Shown piece by piece: positions 25,617-44,248 of a DNA stretch of 64,000 bases. The notes under the pieces are model-generated. The model saw only the letters and a program-made list of their open reading frames with translations, was not told the DNA's origin and ran no database searches. Made by a program: the position numbers and the translations under genes. The stretch is taken from contig WELB01000002.1 in the NCBI GenBank assembly GCA_009602725.1, positions 848,151-912,150 of the forward strand. Direction: 5' to 3'. Each line of letters begins with the position of its first letter. The first letter of the stretch is position 1. The DNA comes from Spirogloea muscicola (taxonomy: Eukaryota).

Positions 25617-28166
25617 GGAGCCCTGCTGGAAGAGGTACAAACGCTCATCGCCCGTATGTATAAGGGCGTGAAGCGCATTTGCAAGCTCAAGGCCAAAGTA
25701 CGTGAGTCGCAGATTGGGCGTGCCAAGCACGCCTTGCCGGCCAAGTTCAGCGGACTATTTTTCCGAGGCGGTCAACGCCTGGTCAGTGGAGATATTTGGC
25801 GTGCTTTGTACAATAAGGCACCGGCGTCCAACACCGTGTTGGGCTTGCAGCCACCTCCCTCTCCGGCGATCCCGCCCAATGATGGGAATGTATGAAGAAA
25901 TCGTCCACCCCCAGTGTACAATCATTGGAACTTCTTTGTAAGATCGTTGTCGAGTATGTAAGGCGAGGTGCACGCCGAGCTCAAAGCGCGGAATGAACTA
26001 GAGGACATCCTCATGCGGGACAACGACTTTGGAGATTACGTAAGGCATTTCCACCTGCTGCTCAGCAAGCTCAACACCAGACCTATGGACAACGCCGATC
26101 AGTGTCAGCGCTTTTAATGCGGGGCTCCCAGAACACGTCGCTCTGCTCGCTTAACTGGATGCGGTGACCTTCCAGCCTGTGGACCGCCTCATCGAGCAGG
26201 GCGCGCCTGCTCGCGCTACGTTCGCGATGTACCCGCGCAAGCGTCCCCTGGCGGAAGCCGTCGTAAACCCGGCTGCCCCTTCATCTTCAAAGCGTCGGCC
26301 GAGCTGTATGCCAAATAAGGATGCCAAGCCCTACGTGGGTCAACGGCGCCCACAGAAGCCAGTGGCCTTCGTCCCCGAGGAGGACCGAGCTTGCTACCGC
26401 TGTGGCCAGAAGGGCCACCGCATCCGCGACTGCACCCAAGCTCCCAAGCACCCCTCAACAACAAGCAAGTCTGCTCCACCCAGCCCCAAGGGGCAGTATA
26501 AGGGCAAGGGCAAACGTGAGTGCCTTTACCTAATTCCTGGAGTCCTCAACTGCATGATGTGCAAATGCTGTTTGAACGCGTACAACATGCTTGTCCACAG
26601 TCTCCTATTCCAGTAGTAGGCTCCCTGCATATGTTAATGCAAGCTTTGGTGTTTCCCTTGTTGTCTGGGTCCCCCGCAACCAAGTGCAATCAGCTTCTCA
26701 GATGTGTCTGAATGGGTGACACATCATGGGGCTGACGACCCTGTGGTTTTTATCGTGCAATGCAGGCGAGGATTGAAACCTCTACCACCATCGGGACTGT
26801 CCTGCTCTTTCGCTACACAGCAGGCCGTCCCCACGTAGTACCTGGAGCTGCTGGGAGACTGCTGATATATATATTTTGCGATCAGTCTTGCTTCGGTTGG
26901 CGATTTAGCACTGTGTGCTTCCACGCCTAGTATGCTATTCACCAGCATAGCGGCTGGTCAGCCAGCCCAAATCGATCTAGATACGGGAGCCTCGGTATCC
27001 TGTGTTAGTGAGACCTTTGTGTGTAATCATGGCTTGCCTGTTCAACTCATTTATGTATTGCAGGCTACATTTGCCAATGGTCATCATATTAAAGTATTGG
27101 GTCTTTGCAAAGAGCCCCTTCGCATCCAAAGCTGTAGGACGGTTGTGTCTTGCCATGTCATTGTGTTTGACGTCTGCCTTTGATGTATTCTTAGGCGATG
27201 ATTGGCTCTGTGCCACTGCGTCTATGCTTGATTATGGACAGCGCACATGTGTCGGCCGACGTGGTACTCGTCGTTTCAAATTGCAAAACGTCGACATGTC
27301 CTGTGTAACACCACCCATGCAAGACTCTTCTCTGCGGCTTTCAGCTGTGCGGATGAAATAGCTCCTTCGCAAGGAACCAGCTTCAGCTGCGTATCTGGGT
27401 GTTGTGATTAGTGCTGAGTCTCCCCCTGACTCTGTTGTGAGTATCCAAGCTAACGTGCGGCTCTTGACAAGTTGTTGGCAAGTGTATTCGGATGTGTTCC
27501 CAGATGCACTTCCAGCCGGTTTGCCTCCGTATCGAGGCGTGGCTCATAAAACAATTTTATTGAAGCCCGACGCTGTACCGCCGTACCGTCCCATGTTTCG
27601 ACTGATTTACATCGTGAAATGCAATTCCAACTGACGGAATTGCTCCGTAAAGGGCACATTCAGCCTTCTCAGTCCCCGTATGGCGCCCCTATTTCTTTTC
27701 GTCAAGAAGAAAGGTAGTCTCCGGATGTGCGTCGATTACCGAGCCCTGAACAAGCTCACTGTCAAGAATCGTAACCCCCTGCCTCGTATAGATGTTCTGT
27801 TCGATCGTCACGCGGATTTACAGTGTTCAGCACCCTCGACTTGCAAAGTGGGTATCACCAACTTCGTATCACTCCAGAGGATGTTCCGAAGTCAGCGTCT
27901 CGTACGCCGGTCGGACACTTCCAGTTCAAAGTGCTGAGCTTTGGTCTGACCAACGCACCTGTTATATGCCAGACTTCCTAGTGTGTAGTCAACCAGCCCG
28001 AATTGACGTACTTAGGGCATGTGGTGGGAAAAGACGGTGTGCGCGTCGACCTCAAAATAACTGTAGAAGTAAAGGACTGGCCAGTGCCGCAGAATGTGCC
28101 GACGTTGCGATCCTTTCTGGGATTTGTCAATCATGTCCGAAAATTCCTTCAAAGATACGGAAGCAT

Positions 28167-29762
28167 TGTGACATCTCTGCATCTAAACACACAATTAGAG
28201 TCAGGGTGTCCTGGTTTGGATTCGAGAACAGGGTGTTTTGGAGACAGCCCTCATACAGGAGAACGCCAACGCACATACGCGCACAGAGCGCAGTGGAACT
28301 CTTACCCTGAGGCACCGCCCTAGGGCGGTGACTCTACCACTGGACTTACGGAGAGCTGGCAGGGCTCGCAGCGATGAGCTGCAGCGACGGGCTGGCAGCA
28401 GGCGGCAGCAGCAGAGCTGTGGCAGCAACGGCAGCAGCAGACAGCAGCGGGGCTGGCTAGGCAGCAGCAGGGCTGTGTCTCTCTCGGCGTTGGTCGAACT
28501 GAGGAGTCTGGCCAAGGCCTACTACATATAGCGGTTCTCCTGCCACCCCTCCCCTGAGGCTGCTCTGATCACACAGTTAGAGTCAGAATGTCCTGGATGG
28601 ATTCGAGAATAGGGTGTTTCGGAGACAATTCTCATACAGGAGAACGCCAACGCACATACGCGCACAGAGCGCAGCGGAAGTCTTACCCTGAGGCACCGCC
28701 CTAGGGCGGTGACTACCAATAGACTTACGGAGAGCCGGCAGGGCCCGCAGCGATGAGCTGCGGCAATGGATTGGCAGCAGGCGGCAGCAGCAGAGCTGTG
28801 GCGGCGGCGGCAGCAGCAGGCAGCAGCGGGGCTGGCTAGGCAGCAGCAGATCTGTGCCTCTCTCGGGCGTTGGTCGACCGAGGAGTCTGGCCAAGGCCCA
28901 CTACTTATCGCGGTTCTCCTGCCACCCCTCCCCTGAGGGTGTGACGAGGGTCGCCCCCAGGGCCCTCCCTCGGAGGGGCGGGCATGACAAGGGGACACGA
29001 TGAATACAAGAGGCTGGCACACAGGGCCAGAGGCCTGAGCACGAGTCCAAGGGATGAGCGCCAAGAGGCCGGCGCGCGAGTCCAAGGGACTGGCGCGCTG
29101 CACAGTGACTAGCGCCAAGAAGGTGGCGCGCCAGGCCAATAGCCTGGCTCACGGGGCCAAGGGACTGAGGCCATGCGGACACAGGACCGTGGCCATGCAG
29201 CTATGAGGCCGAGAGAGCTGGTCAATCCGGCCAGCCCGCGGGGCGCCGTCCTGAGGGAGAGCTGACCCACCCGGCCGGCCTGCAGGGCGTGAGCCCGAGG
29301 CGTGCGGACAGGGTACGGAGCCCGGGACCCTCGAACCGTACTTAGCTACACGGAGTGCAGCCAAGCTACCCGCACCGTTTGGGACTCCAAACGTTAGATA
29401 CGCTACGCTTTGTAAGGTTATCGCGCGCCGTTGGCACCCTTAAACGGCGGAAACTTTAAAAATAGACTGGCTCGCAGGGCCAAGGGACTGAGGCCATACG
29501 GCCATGAGGCCGAGAGAGCTGGCCAATCCAGCCAGCCCGCAAGGCGCTGGCCCGAGGGAGAGCTGACCCACCCGGCCAGCTCGCAGGACGTGAGCCCGAG
29601 GCGTGCGGACGGGGTACGGAGCCCGGGACCCTCGAACCGTACTTAGCTACACAGAGTGCAGCCAAGCTACCCGCACCGTTTGGGACTCCAAACGGTAGAT
29701 ATGCTACGCTCATGTAAGGTTATCGCACATCGCTAGCACTCTCAAACGGAGGAAACGTTACA
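28167..29762 (-). mobile_element. Solo LTR-A with a second LTR-A nested at about 28560-29460; TSD AGCAT
   Basis: AGCAT at 28162-28166 and 29763-29767; TG/CA termini. Confidence 0.9.
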
Positions 29763-30500
29763 AGCATGGCATCATCTCTGACGAAGCTCACTCGTAAGGA
29801 CGTACCCTGGGGGTGGACGTCCGAATGCCAGAAGGCATTCGAGGATATGAACTGGGTGTTGGTATCTCCACCCGTTTTGGCTTTGCCTCGAGTAGGCGTG
29901 CCACTTGAAGTAGTCTGAGACGCATCTTTGATCGGCACTGGTGCCGTCCTTTTGCAGGAGGACGGCACCCCCGTAGCATTTGAAGGTAGCCTGCTTTGTC
30001 CTGCAGAGCGTACGGGAGAGCAAGAGCTCATATGCTGTTGTGCACGCCATGCACATGTGGCGATGCAATCTCGAGGGTGTTGAATTTACGGTTGTAACGG
30101 ATCATTGCCCGCTGACCTACTTTCACACACAGCAGCAATTGAGCAGGCATCAAGCACGGTGGGCTGCTGAGTGCATGGCACAATTCCGATTCCAGTGGTT
30201 GTACTGTCCTGGAAGGATCGATATGGCGGATCCGGTGAGCCGCAAAGTTGTAGGGGCTGCTGTGGCGCCTGTCTTGTGTGCCACAAGGGTCCAGACTGCG
30301 GACGTGCGGCCTACCCGTGGGGCCGCAGATCAAAGCATCACCAACCTCTCAGAGCTGTATGTGCGTAGTCGTGATGTGTATGGCACAGACCCTTAAGTTC
30401 GCTCTCGCAACCAATACACGCACCGTAGTATATGACTAAGGCTTCTGGTGGGAGGTGACGCCATTGTGGTGCCCAACTGCAATGCCTTGCGCACTAGTAT

Positions 30501-31811
30501 TGTAACAGTTTCCTCCGTTGAAGAGTGCTAACGGTGCGCGATAACCTTACAAGAGCGTAGCGTATCTACCGTTTGGAGTCCCAAACGGTGCGGATTCTTT
30601 TGGTTGCACTCCGTGTAGCTAAGTACGGTTCGAGGGTCCCGGGCTCCGTACCCCGTCCGCACGCCTCGGGCTCACGCCCTGCGAGCTGGCCGGGTGGGTC
30701 CCCGTTTTGGCAGTGGCTGGTTGGATCTCCTCCAGCGGCTTGCCCGGGAGGCCATCAAGCGGCGGCAGGGTTCGCCAGGCTTCAATGCTGCCGGCTCCCT
30801 CTCGCAGGTCTTTCGGATGAGGCTGGCGGTCTCGCTGCAGCGCTCTTTGGCTCATGCGGTCCACGCGCGGGCTGGCCGTGCTATGGCTGCTGCTTCCGGG
30901 TCTCGGCAGAGTGCCGCTTCTCCTGCTCCGAGTTACTCTGATCTGCTGTTGCTCACACGTGGATACTGAGCAGCCATCTGCATCTCCCTCTGCACCATCT
31001 TGCACTTTGTAGTTTAGTCCTTTTCAGCACCTCTTTCTTTGGCTTTGAACATTGTCCATTCTTTTTGGGTTGGCTTTGCCAGCCCCTTTTCTCAATGGGC
31101 GAGCACCTTCTTCGGTCAGCTCTCCCTCGGGCCAGCGCCTTGCGGGCTGGCCGGATTGGCCAGCTCTCTCGGCCTCATGGCCGCATGGCCTCAGTCCCTT
31201 GGCCCCGCGAGCCAGTCTATTGGCCTGGCGCGCCATCTCCTTGGCGCTAGTCACTGTGCAGCGCGCCAGTCCCTTGGACTCGCTTGCCGGCCTCTTGGAG
31301 CTAGTCCCTTGGACTCGTGCTACAGGCCTCTGGCCCTGTATGCCAGCCTCTTTCTTGTATTCATCGTGTCCCCTTGTCAGGCCCGCCCCTCCGAGGGAGG
31401 GCCCTGGGGGCGACCCTCGTCACACCCTCGGGGGAGGGGTGGCAGGAGAACCGCTATAAGGCCTTGGCCAGACACCGGCGTCCGACCAACGCCCGAGAGA
31501 GACACAGCCCTGCTGCTGCCTAGCCAGCCCCGCTACTGCCTGCTGCTGCCGTTGCCGCCACAGCTTTGCTGCTGCCGCCTGCTGCCAGCCCGTTGCCCCA
31601 GCTCATTGCTGCGGGCCCTGCTGGCTCTCCATAAGTTTATTGGTAGAGTCACCGCCCTAGGGCGGTGCCTCAGGTTAAGACTTCCGCTGCGCCCTGTGCG
31701 CGTATGTGCGTTGGCGTTCTCCTGTATGAAGGTTGTCTCCAAACACCCTATGCTGAATCCAAACCAGGACACCCTGACTCTAACTGTGTGATTAGATGCA
31801 GAGATGTCACA
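30501..31811 (+). mobile_element. Solo LTR-A, TSD AGTAT
   Basis: AGTAT at 30496-30500 and 31812-31816; TGTAAC...GTCACA. Confidence 0.95.
30701..31113 (+). mobile_element. 5'-truncated CRE-like insertion inside the solo LTR
   Basis: SLSQVFRMRLAVSLQRS..SYSDLLLLTRGY*, UTR and hairpin, ends ccttcttc; GGTC on both sides (possible 4-bp TSD). Confidence 0.85.
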
Positions 31812-32322
31812 AGTATCATGCAGGAGATGCATGAGTCTCCATACAGTGTTCATTTGGGTATGGAAAAGACAAAGAAAGCTAATCAGCTTCTCTTTTGGTG
31901 GCCGCGGTTACAAGTCCACGTACGGTCCATTGTCAAGACGTTAGCTACCTGCCAGCATAGTAAGGCTTGCTCTCACAAGCCTGCCGCTTTGCTCCAACCT
32001 TTGGAGATCCCTCCGCGGGAGTGGTCTAATGATAGTGTGGATTTTATCATCCAAATGCCCAAGACGCGCAACGGCTATAGCGCCATTGTCGTGCTTGTGA
32101 ATTTGAGCAGAATGCTGCATTTCGTACGTACGACCACACGGGTGTCCGCTAAGCAGTTGCTGGTATGTTTGTGGACCGAGTATGGAGATTGCATGGAGTA
32201 CCCGAACGCATCGTGTATGACCGCGATCCTCGCTTCACGGGTCACTGTGGAAAGAAGTGTGCAGGCTTCTTAAGTACGAAGCAATCCATGTCCACTGCTT
32301 TCCACCCACAAAACAGTCGGTC

Positions 32323-32779
32323 TGTAAGGAACCTCGCCCTACACACGCAGTTAGGGTGAGCAGTCCTTCTTGAGTTCGGCTGTAGGGGTTTAAGGACCAA
32401 TCCACTACACAGGCAAAGCACTAGCGCATAGGCGCAGCGGAAGACAGGCCCCGTGGCGCCGCCGTCCGGCGGCGACTCCACCTCCTGGGCGCAGGCCGGC
32501 GTAGCAGGCCCCGCAGCAAGGTGCGGCGGCGGCTGCGGCGGCGAGCAGCGGCAAGGCTGCTCCTGGGCTTCACCGGTTCGAACTCCCTCGAGCCTCAGCC
32601 CCAAGGCTCTTCGTGCTTTCCTGTGCCACCCCCCCTCCAGGGGTGTGAGCGGGTCGCCCCATGGCCTGCCAGACGGCGGGCCAAAGATCCTCCCTTGAAC
32701 GGGCGGATCCTGGCGAGGAGTATTTCTGGACGGGCTGGACCCGTCTCTGGGCGGGCCTCTTGCCCGGCAAGCCAGCCCG
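32323..32779 (-). mobile_element. LTR family B, 3' part, truncated at the single N at 32780
   Basis: Homologous to 20081-20678; left flank CGGTC. Confidence 0.9.
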
Positions 32780-32780
32780 N

Positions 32781-33240
32781 GAGAGGGGGGAAGATGCCGA
32801 ACATTGCATCCCGGAGGAGGTCGTGAGCAGCTGTACGTTCACCTCCAGTGGGAGAGTTGGCCTCCAATAGGAAAGCGAGAAAGGGCGCGCCCATTGAGGA
32901 TAGGCGCTGGTAAAGCCAGCCCAAGAAAGGATGAACACAGGACGACAAGGGGGCCAGGGGAAGCGCTAAGAAAAACAAGCTCACTAAAAAACAAAGCAGC
33001 TACGTATCAGTCAGTGACCCCTGCTAAGCAGCCTCAGGTCAGAGACGCTAGGCTCCTGAAAGTGGGCCAGAGGTAGCAGCTCTGCCGGCGCGCAGGTGCA
33101 GCGCGCGGGCCATAGACCGCTGCAGCGAAATGGCCAAGCGCATCCGGTACACCTGCGCTAGCGACCCGGCTGCAGGAAAGTCCACCGGCTCCCCATGGAA
33201 GCGGCGGGCGATGGCGTGGTGGGCGAGCTGGTTGACCCGT
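32781..33240. mobile_element. CRE-like fragments (minus-strand zinc-knuckle piece and 3' end)
   Basis: GGERTAAHDLLRDAM motif; terminal hairpin at 32880-32925; SLAQVYRMRLA. Confidence 0.75.
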
Positions 33241-35630
33241 GGGGTGCCTCCCGTATGGGCGGGCCGGAGAGCCTCGGGGCGCCAGAGATGCTCAAGTCCC
33301 TGTACCTACTGACTACTGCCTCGACAAGACCGGACGGGGGAGCAAGGCCATCTCTCCCTTCCATCTCTCCGCAAGCCCCCCGCTGGAGAGCGACGTAGCG
33401 CCGCCGCCGCCGCAGCCGCCGGCGAGGGCACGGAGGGCACGGCGCGCGCCGCGCAGGCCAGGGTGGCCAGGGGGGCCGAAGCGGCGAGAGGCCCCCCAAA
33501 TACCCGGCGGGGGGAGACGGACGACTGTGAGGGCTTGGGAGGGCGAGTGACGCGGCGGCCTCGGGTGAGCAGGGCTTGGATCTGGATGCCCACTCCTCGC
33601 TCTCGCCGGTGGATCGGCGGCGAGACGAGGCGGGTTTGCAGCCGGACGGGACGGAGGCCGGCTCGGAGGCGATGGGGAGGGAGGTCGGATGGGACCTCCC
33701 CGGTGGAGCTCGAGATGAGGGTGGAGGCGTCCCTGGCGCGCCTCGAGCTCAACCCCCGCTTCACGCGCCGGCTGGGCTCCAAGACCCTCCCGGAGCTCCT
33801 GGCAGGCTCGGCGCTATGGCTTTTACCAGTCCAGGGTGGAGGAGGTGCTTGCCGCCGCTGAGGAGGTGCCGGCTGGCGAGAGGCCAGGTAGCTGGGCAAG
33901 GCGGTCAGGAGGAGAGACGGGCGCTGGCGCTGGGACGGGAGAGGAGTTCGACGAGACCATGCGCCTCTCAGCAGCCGAGGAGGCTGCCGCGGGTGGCGAC
34001 ACCACGGGCCCATCGGCGGCAGGGATGGGGTCCTGGGGGTGGGGATGCCAGTCAAGCGGGAGCGCCTGCTGGTGGGCCCGATCGGTCATCTCTTGCAGCT
34101 GCCAGGAAGGCAGTTCAAAAAGCGGCGCGGCCGCCAAGGTGGCGGAGCTGGTCAGCCTCCGCCGGCTGCCAGGGGAAGATGTCATGGTGATGGCTCAGGG
34201 GATGAAGCAGCTGCGCTGGGACACCGGGCGGCTGACGGAGGTGGGCGTGCGCAAAAGTCATTGGAGGTGCTGGGAGGGGGCAAGACGGGCGCCTGGCTGG
34301 AGCTGCAGGTCTTCACCACCTGCCGTCTCGAATTTACGACTGACCAGGTGGCTGAGCTCGCTGACGAGGTGGAGCGCCACCTTGCGGGAAAGGTGGTGGA
34401 GGTGGCGGCGCTAGCCAAGGGCGACGTGTGGCCGGCCGCACAGCCTCGGCAGTGGCCGTTGGCCCAGCCCAAGCAGTGGCGGGGTCCCATCAAGCCGTCC
34501 GCAGTGGCGGCTGCCGCGGTCGTGGCCGCCGGGCCGGCTGGGGCGGGCCGCTGTTTTGACTGCAACCAGCCAGGACATGTCTGGCGGGACTGCCCTTGGG
34601 GGGCCGGCATGCGGTGCGCGCACTGTGGCAAGACCGGCCATGGTGCGGATGCGTGTTGGACTGTCCACCCTGAGCAGCGGCCTGCGCACCTGCAGGCGCA
34701 TGCGGCGCCCCAGGCGGCCAGGAACTCGGCCGCAGCAGTCGTACAAGGGAGGGATGGGCAGGCGCCAGCCGCTGCCCAGGCCACCTCGTCGCGCACCGAG
34801 CTGGAGCTGGTGAAGGCAGAGCCGGCGGAGTTGCGGGCCACGCTGGCAGCCAGCGCCACGGTGGCGCATGCAGACCGGAGGCGTTGGGACGAGGAGGAGG
34901 CGGATCACCGCCTTCGATATGGCATGGGGGTGGAGGTGGTGGACGCTGGAATGGCCGGACGGCATGGGCGCAGCAGCCGGCAGCCAATAGGCGGCGTGGA
35001 TCGCCCGGCGGGCAAAGAGCACGGCTGTCGACAGGAGGAGCAGGCCTCACCCGTTGTTCTTCACACTGGTGGCAGAGGCGCTGGCGGACGGCCCAGCGGC
35101 TGTTTACTTGCAGCCTGCCGTGGTCCGGGAGGGCGTCGGTGGCGTCACTGCACATCGGCTGGCTGCTGCACTCATGCGCACGCCAGCGCACCTTCCGGGC
35201 GTGCTGGAGGGCGACGCGGCGGGTCCGAGTGAACCGTCCAAGGCCGCGTGGGGGGCAGACACCCCAATCACCTCCAAGGAATCTGGGGCTTCCGAAAGGG
35301 GCCCCTGCAGGTCGCTTCCATCCGTGCTGCCTGCACCAATTGCGGCGATATCCTTGGGTGCAGAGTCGGCGGCAGTGGCGCAGCTTCATGTACCAAGCAG
35401 TCGTGTCTTGGGGGCTGCCCATGCAGGGGGGAGCTTGTCGCTTCCCAAGCGGTGGGTGGCGGAGCGCGTGGGGGTCATCTCCAACGTGGCGCTGGCGGAA
35501 TATCGCCACGGCTTCATCACGTTCAACGGCACGGCGCTGGAGCGTGTGATGTTGGATACGGGTGCTCAGCCGGCGGTGCTCGTTCGCAGCATGGTGCGGC
35601 TGCTGGGCTTGCAGGCGCGGTCCTGCTGAA
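33240..35630 (+). pseudogene. Retroelement gag-protease remnant with two CCHC zinc knuckles
   Basis: CFDCNQPGHVWRDC and CAHCGKTGHGADAC; aspartic protease motif VMLDTGAQ at about 35547-35570; frameshifted. Confidence 0.75.
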
Positions 35631-36012
35631 ACCTGCAGTCATCTCCTATTACGATAAAGACAGCGACGGGAGGTGTCTCGGCAGGTCTGCGCCTGCAGCC
35701 CCAGCAGCTCGGCCACACCATGCTGCGACCAAGCAGCACCAGCTGAGCACCCGTCCGCCGTCATTCGCTCGGGCGGCGTTCTGTTTGAACCTGATGAAGC
35801 CGTGGCGATTCTCCACCAGCGCCACGTCGGGGATGACCCCCATGCGTTCCGCCACCCACCGCTCCCCCCTGCATGGGCAGCCCCCAAGACACGAGTGCCT
35901 GGTACATGCAGCTGCGCCACTGCCGCCGACTCCGCACCCAAGGATGCAGCCGCAATTGGTGCAGGCAGCACGGATGGAAGCGACCTGCAGGGGCCCCTTT
36001 CGGAAGCCCCAT
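35284..36012. repeat. Inverted repeat (foldback), arms about 35284-35627 and 35682-36012
   Basis: The peptide GASERGPCRSLPSVLPAPIAA..SLGAESAAVAQLHV occurs on both strands. Confidence 0.9.
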
Positions 36013-37049
36013 TCGGGTGTGGTGACGCTTCTGCCACATTCTTTGCATGTCTGCTCACCTGGTAGTGAAGCCATGCAGGGCAGGCTACTGCTACTTCATA
36101 AAGCAGAGTCTTGGCCTGTAGGCGGAGCTGCAGGTGTGGCGGTTCGACGCGTAGTTAGCGCTATACGACAGGCACGACATCACCTCCCACCGGCCGCGAA
36201 CTGACACCTTTGGCTGCCCAGACATCGCTTGTCATACTTGAGCAGATCTTTTATCTAGGATATGCCTGACGTGAGGATGTACTTCCAGCCGAGGGGCATG
36301 CCCCCCAACAAATATGTCGTTATTTCAACATCGTGTGTCTGCTCGTTTGCAGCAAGCTTAGGCTCATGCTTTGCACCGGAAAGAGGAGCTCGACCAGAAA
36401 GTCGCTCTCCTAGAAGGGGCAAGAGCTGTGACCAGGAAACTGGTCAAGCTTCAGCTGGTTCAGAAGGGCCTTTCATTTGCGGTCCGGTGTTTGGGCATCA
36501 GCTAGCAACCTCTACATGCTGACTCGTGGTTACCGAGCGGGTCAGCTTAGCAGCAGGTGATGCACATCCGTCGATGTGCTTGCTCTCTAACTTGGCCACT
36601 CAGGCCCTCCACCACTCAACAAACGTGCCAGCGCCTCCAAGGTTTCTAGGGTCACCGAAAAAAGAAAAACAGCGAAAAACAGTCCTCGCATACCAACGAC
36701 TTCTGACTTGCACACGGTGCCTACTGGCCTTGCGGCCAATAGGCTCCAACATGAGCTAAACGACAGCTCGTTCATATGCTTTCAAACTCACGTGATATAT
36801 GCATATAATGTCACTTTTGCACTTGTCCACTTGGGGCTAGAGTCAACAAGATCTTGATACTCTGCTTCCGCTTTTGTTGCAATAATGTCCACAAAGTAGG
36901 TAGTCATGTACGGGGCCATTACTCTCTCGATCTCAATGAGAACGTCACTATGATGAACTGGTGGATTAGGGTCTTGCATGTAGGAATGGTCAACCCTGAT
37001 AGCAGGTGTGCAATTCGGGGCTTCAGAGTCCCATGATGTCTTCTCACTG

Positions 37050-42420
<5,371 letters not shown>

Positions 42421-42451
42421 CTGCGCAGATGGAAGCAAGGCAAAGACCGAG

Positions 42452-42823
42452 NNNNNNNNNNNNNNNNNNNNNNNNNNNNNNNNNNNNNNNNNNNNNNNNN
42501 NNNNNNNNNNNNNNNNNNNNNNNNNNNNNNNNNNNNNNNNNNNNNNNNNNNNNNNNNNNNNNNNNNNNNNNNNNNNNNNNNNNNNNNNNNNNNNNNNNNN
42601 NNNNNNNNNNNNNNNNNNNNNNNNNNNNNNNNNNNNNNNNNNNNNNNNNNNNNNNNNNNNNNNNNNNNNNNNNNNNNNNNNNNNNNNNNNNNNNNNNNNN
42701 NNNNNNNNNNNNNNNNNNNNNNNNNNNNNNNNNNNNNNNNNNNNNNNNNNNNNNNNNNNNNNNNNNNNNNNNNNNNNNNNNNNNNNNNNNNNNNNNNNNN
42801 NNNNNNNNNNNNNNNNNNNNNNN
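42452..42823. other. Assembly gap (N run)
   Basis: N bases. Confidence 1.
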
Positions 42824-43089
42824 CCAAGGCTCCTCGTGCTTCCCTGTGCCACCCCCCCTCCAGGGGTGTGAGCGGGTCGCCCCATGGCCTGCCAGACGGC
42901 GGGCCAAAGATCCTCCCTTGAACGGGCGGATCCTGGCGAGGAGTATTTCTGGACGGGCTGGACCCGTCTCTGGGCGGGCCTCTTGCCCGGCAAGCCAGCC
43001 CGCCACCTGGCGGGCCCACTTGTCCCAAATAGCCGGTCATGTAATGCAAATAGAGCCATGTGGCTTAACCAAACGGCTGGTTCATTACA
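42824..43089 (-). mobile_element. LTR family B, 5' part, truncated by the gap
   Basis: Overlaps 32601-32779 with 2 visible mismatches; ends ..cattaca followed by CGGTC. Confidence 0.9.
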
Positions 43090-43094
43090 CGGTC

Positions 43095-43716
43095 TGTAAC
43101 GATCCAGCCGTTTGGTCATGCCACACGGTGCTGTTAGCGTTACATGACCGCTAGCCGCTTGATGGACAAGTGGGCCCGCCCAGGTGCGGGCAACTCCCGC
43201 CCGTCCTGGACTAATCCTCGCCAGGTTCCACCCTGCCAAGGGGGGACCTTGGGCCCGCCGCAAGGGCAGGCCTTGGTGCGACCCGCTCACACCCCTGGAG
43301 TTGTTCATGTTTTTTTGGGCTGGCTTTACCAGCCCCTATCCTCAACAGGCGAGCACTTTCTTCCTGGAGGGAGGGTGGCAGGGGGGAAGCACTTCGAGCC
43401 TCGGCCCGAGACCCGACATCGGTTCGGACCGGTGAAGCCCAGGAGCAGCCTTGCCGCTGCTTGCCGCCCCAGCGGCCGCCGCAGCTTGCTGCGGAGCTCG
43501 CTGCGGGGAGTCCGTGGCTGCGCCCATTGAGGGCCAGTTGCTGGCTCGCGCCCAGGAGGTGGAGTCGCCGCCGGACGGCGGCGCCACAGGGCCTGTCTTC
43601 CGCTGCGCTATGCGCTAGTGCTTTGCCGTATAGTGGGTTGGTCCCTAAAACCCCTACAGCCGAACTTAACAAGGACGACTCACCCTGACTGCGTGCGTAG
43701 GGGCGAGTTCACTACA
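43095..43716 (+). mobile_element. Solo LTR family B, TSD CGGTC
   Basis: TGTAAC..ACTACA; CGGTC at 43090-43094 and 43717-43721. Confidence 0.95.
43301..43362 (+). mobile_element. 62-bp CRE 3'-terminus insertion, TSD CCTGGAG
   Basis: CCTGGAG at 43294-43300 and 43363-43369; the other LTR-B copies lack the insert. Confidence 0.85.
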
Positions 43717-44248
43717 CGGTCAGACTGAAAGGATGAATAAGATTTTGGAAGACATGTTAAGGCATTCCGTGAACCCCCAGTCAGACTTGATTGGAACGAG
43801 TATCTTGCTCCAGCGCATTGTGCTTTAATTAACGCCTTTCATTACTTACCAAAACCACACCCTTCTTCCTGAATTTTGATCAGCATCTCCGATCACCTTT
43901 GCAGGTGGGGAGGCCGGATCGCTTGCCGGCTGCAGTAAGCTTCACCGGACACTCTTGGAGGCTCAGCGGAGGGCTAAGCTATTCTTGACAATTGCTCAGA
44001 ACCGGCAAAAGCAGTATGGTGATCTACGTCGCAGGTGTAACGTTCCCACCGTTAGGGCGTGCCAACGTTGCGGGAAATCTTCCAGTGTCGTCTCGTCACC
44101 GTGGGGGCGTGTCAATGGTGCCGGTCAATCCGCTGCACCCTGTGTGGCAATTCCCGATGTCGGGCTCGCTCTTCGGCGATCCGCCGCACCCCTATTCTTG
44201 ACAATTGCTCAGAACCGGCAAAAGCAGTATGGTGATCTACGTCGCAGG

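Noticed and set aside
31062..31090. Hairpin as a histone 3' stem-loop or terminator
   Set aside because: Stem length and sequence differ from the histone consensus, and it is always attached to retroelement 3' ends.
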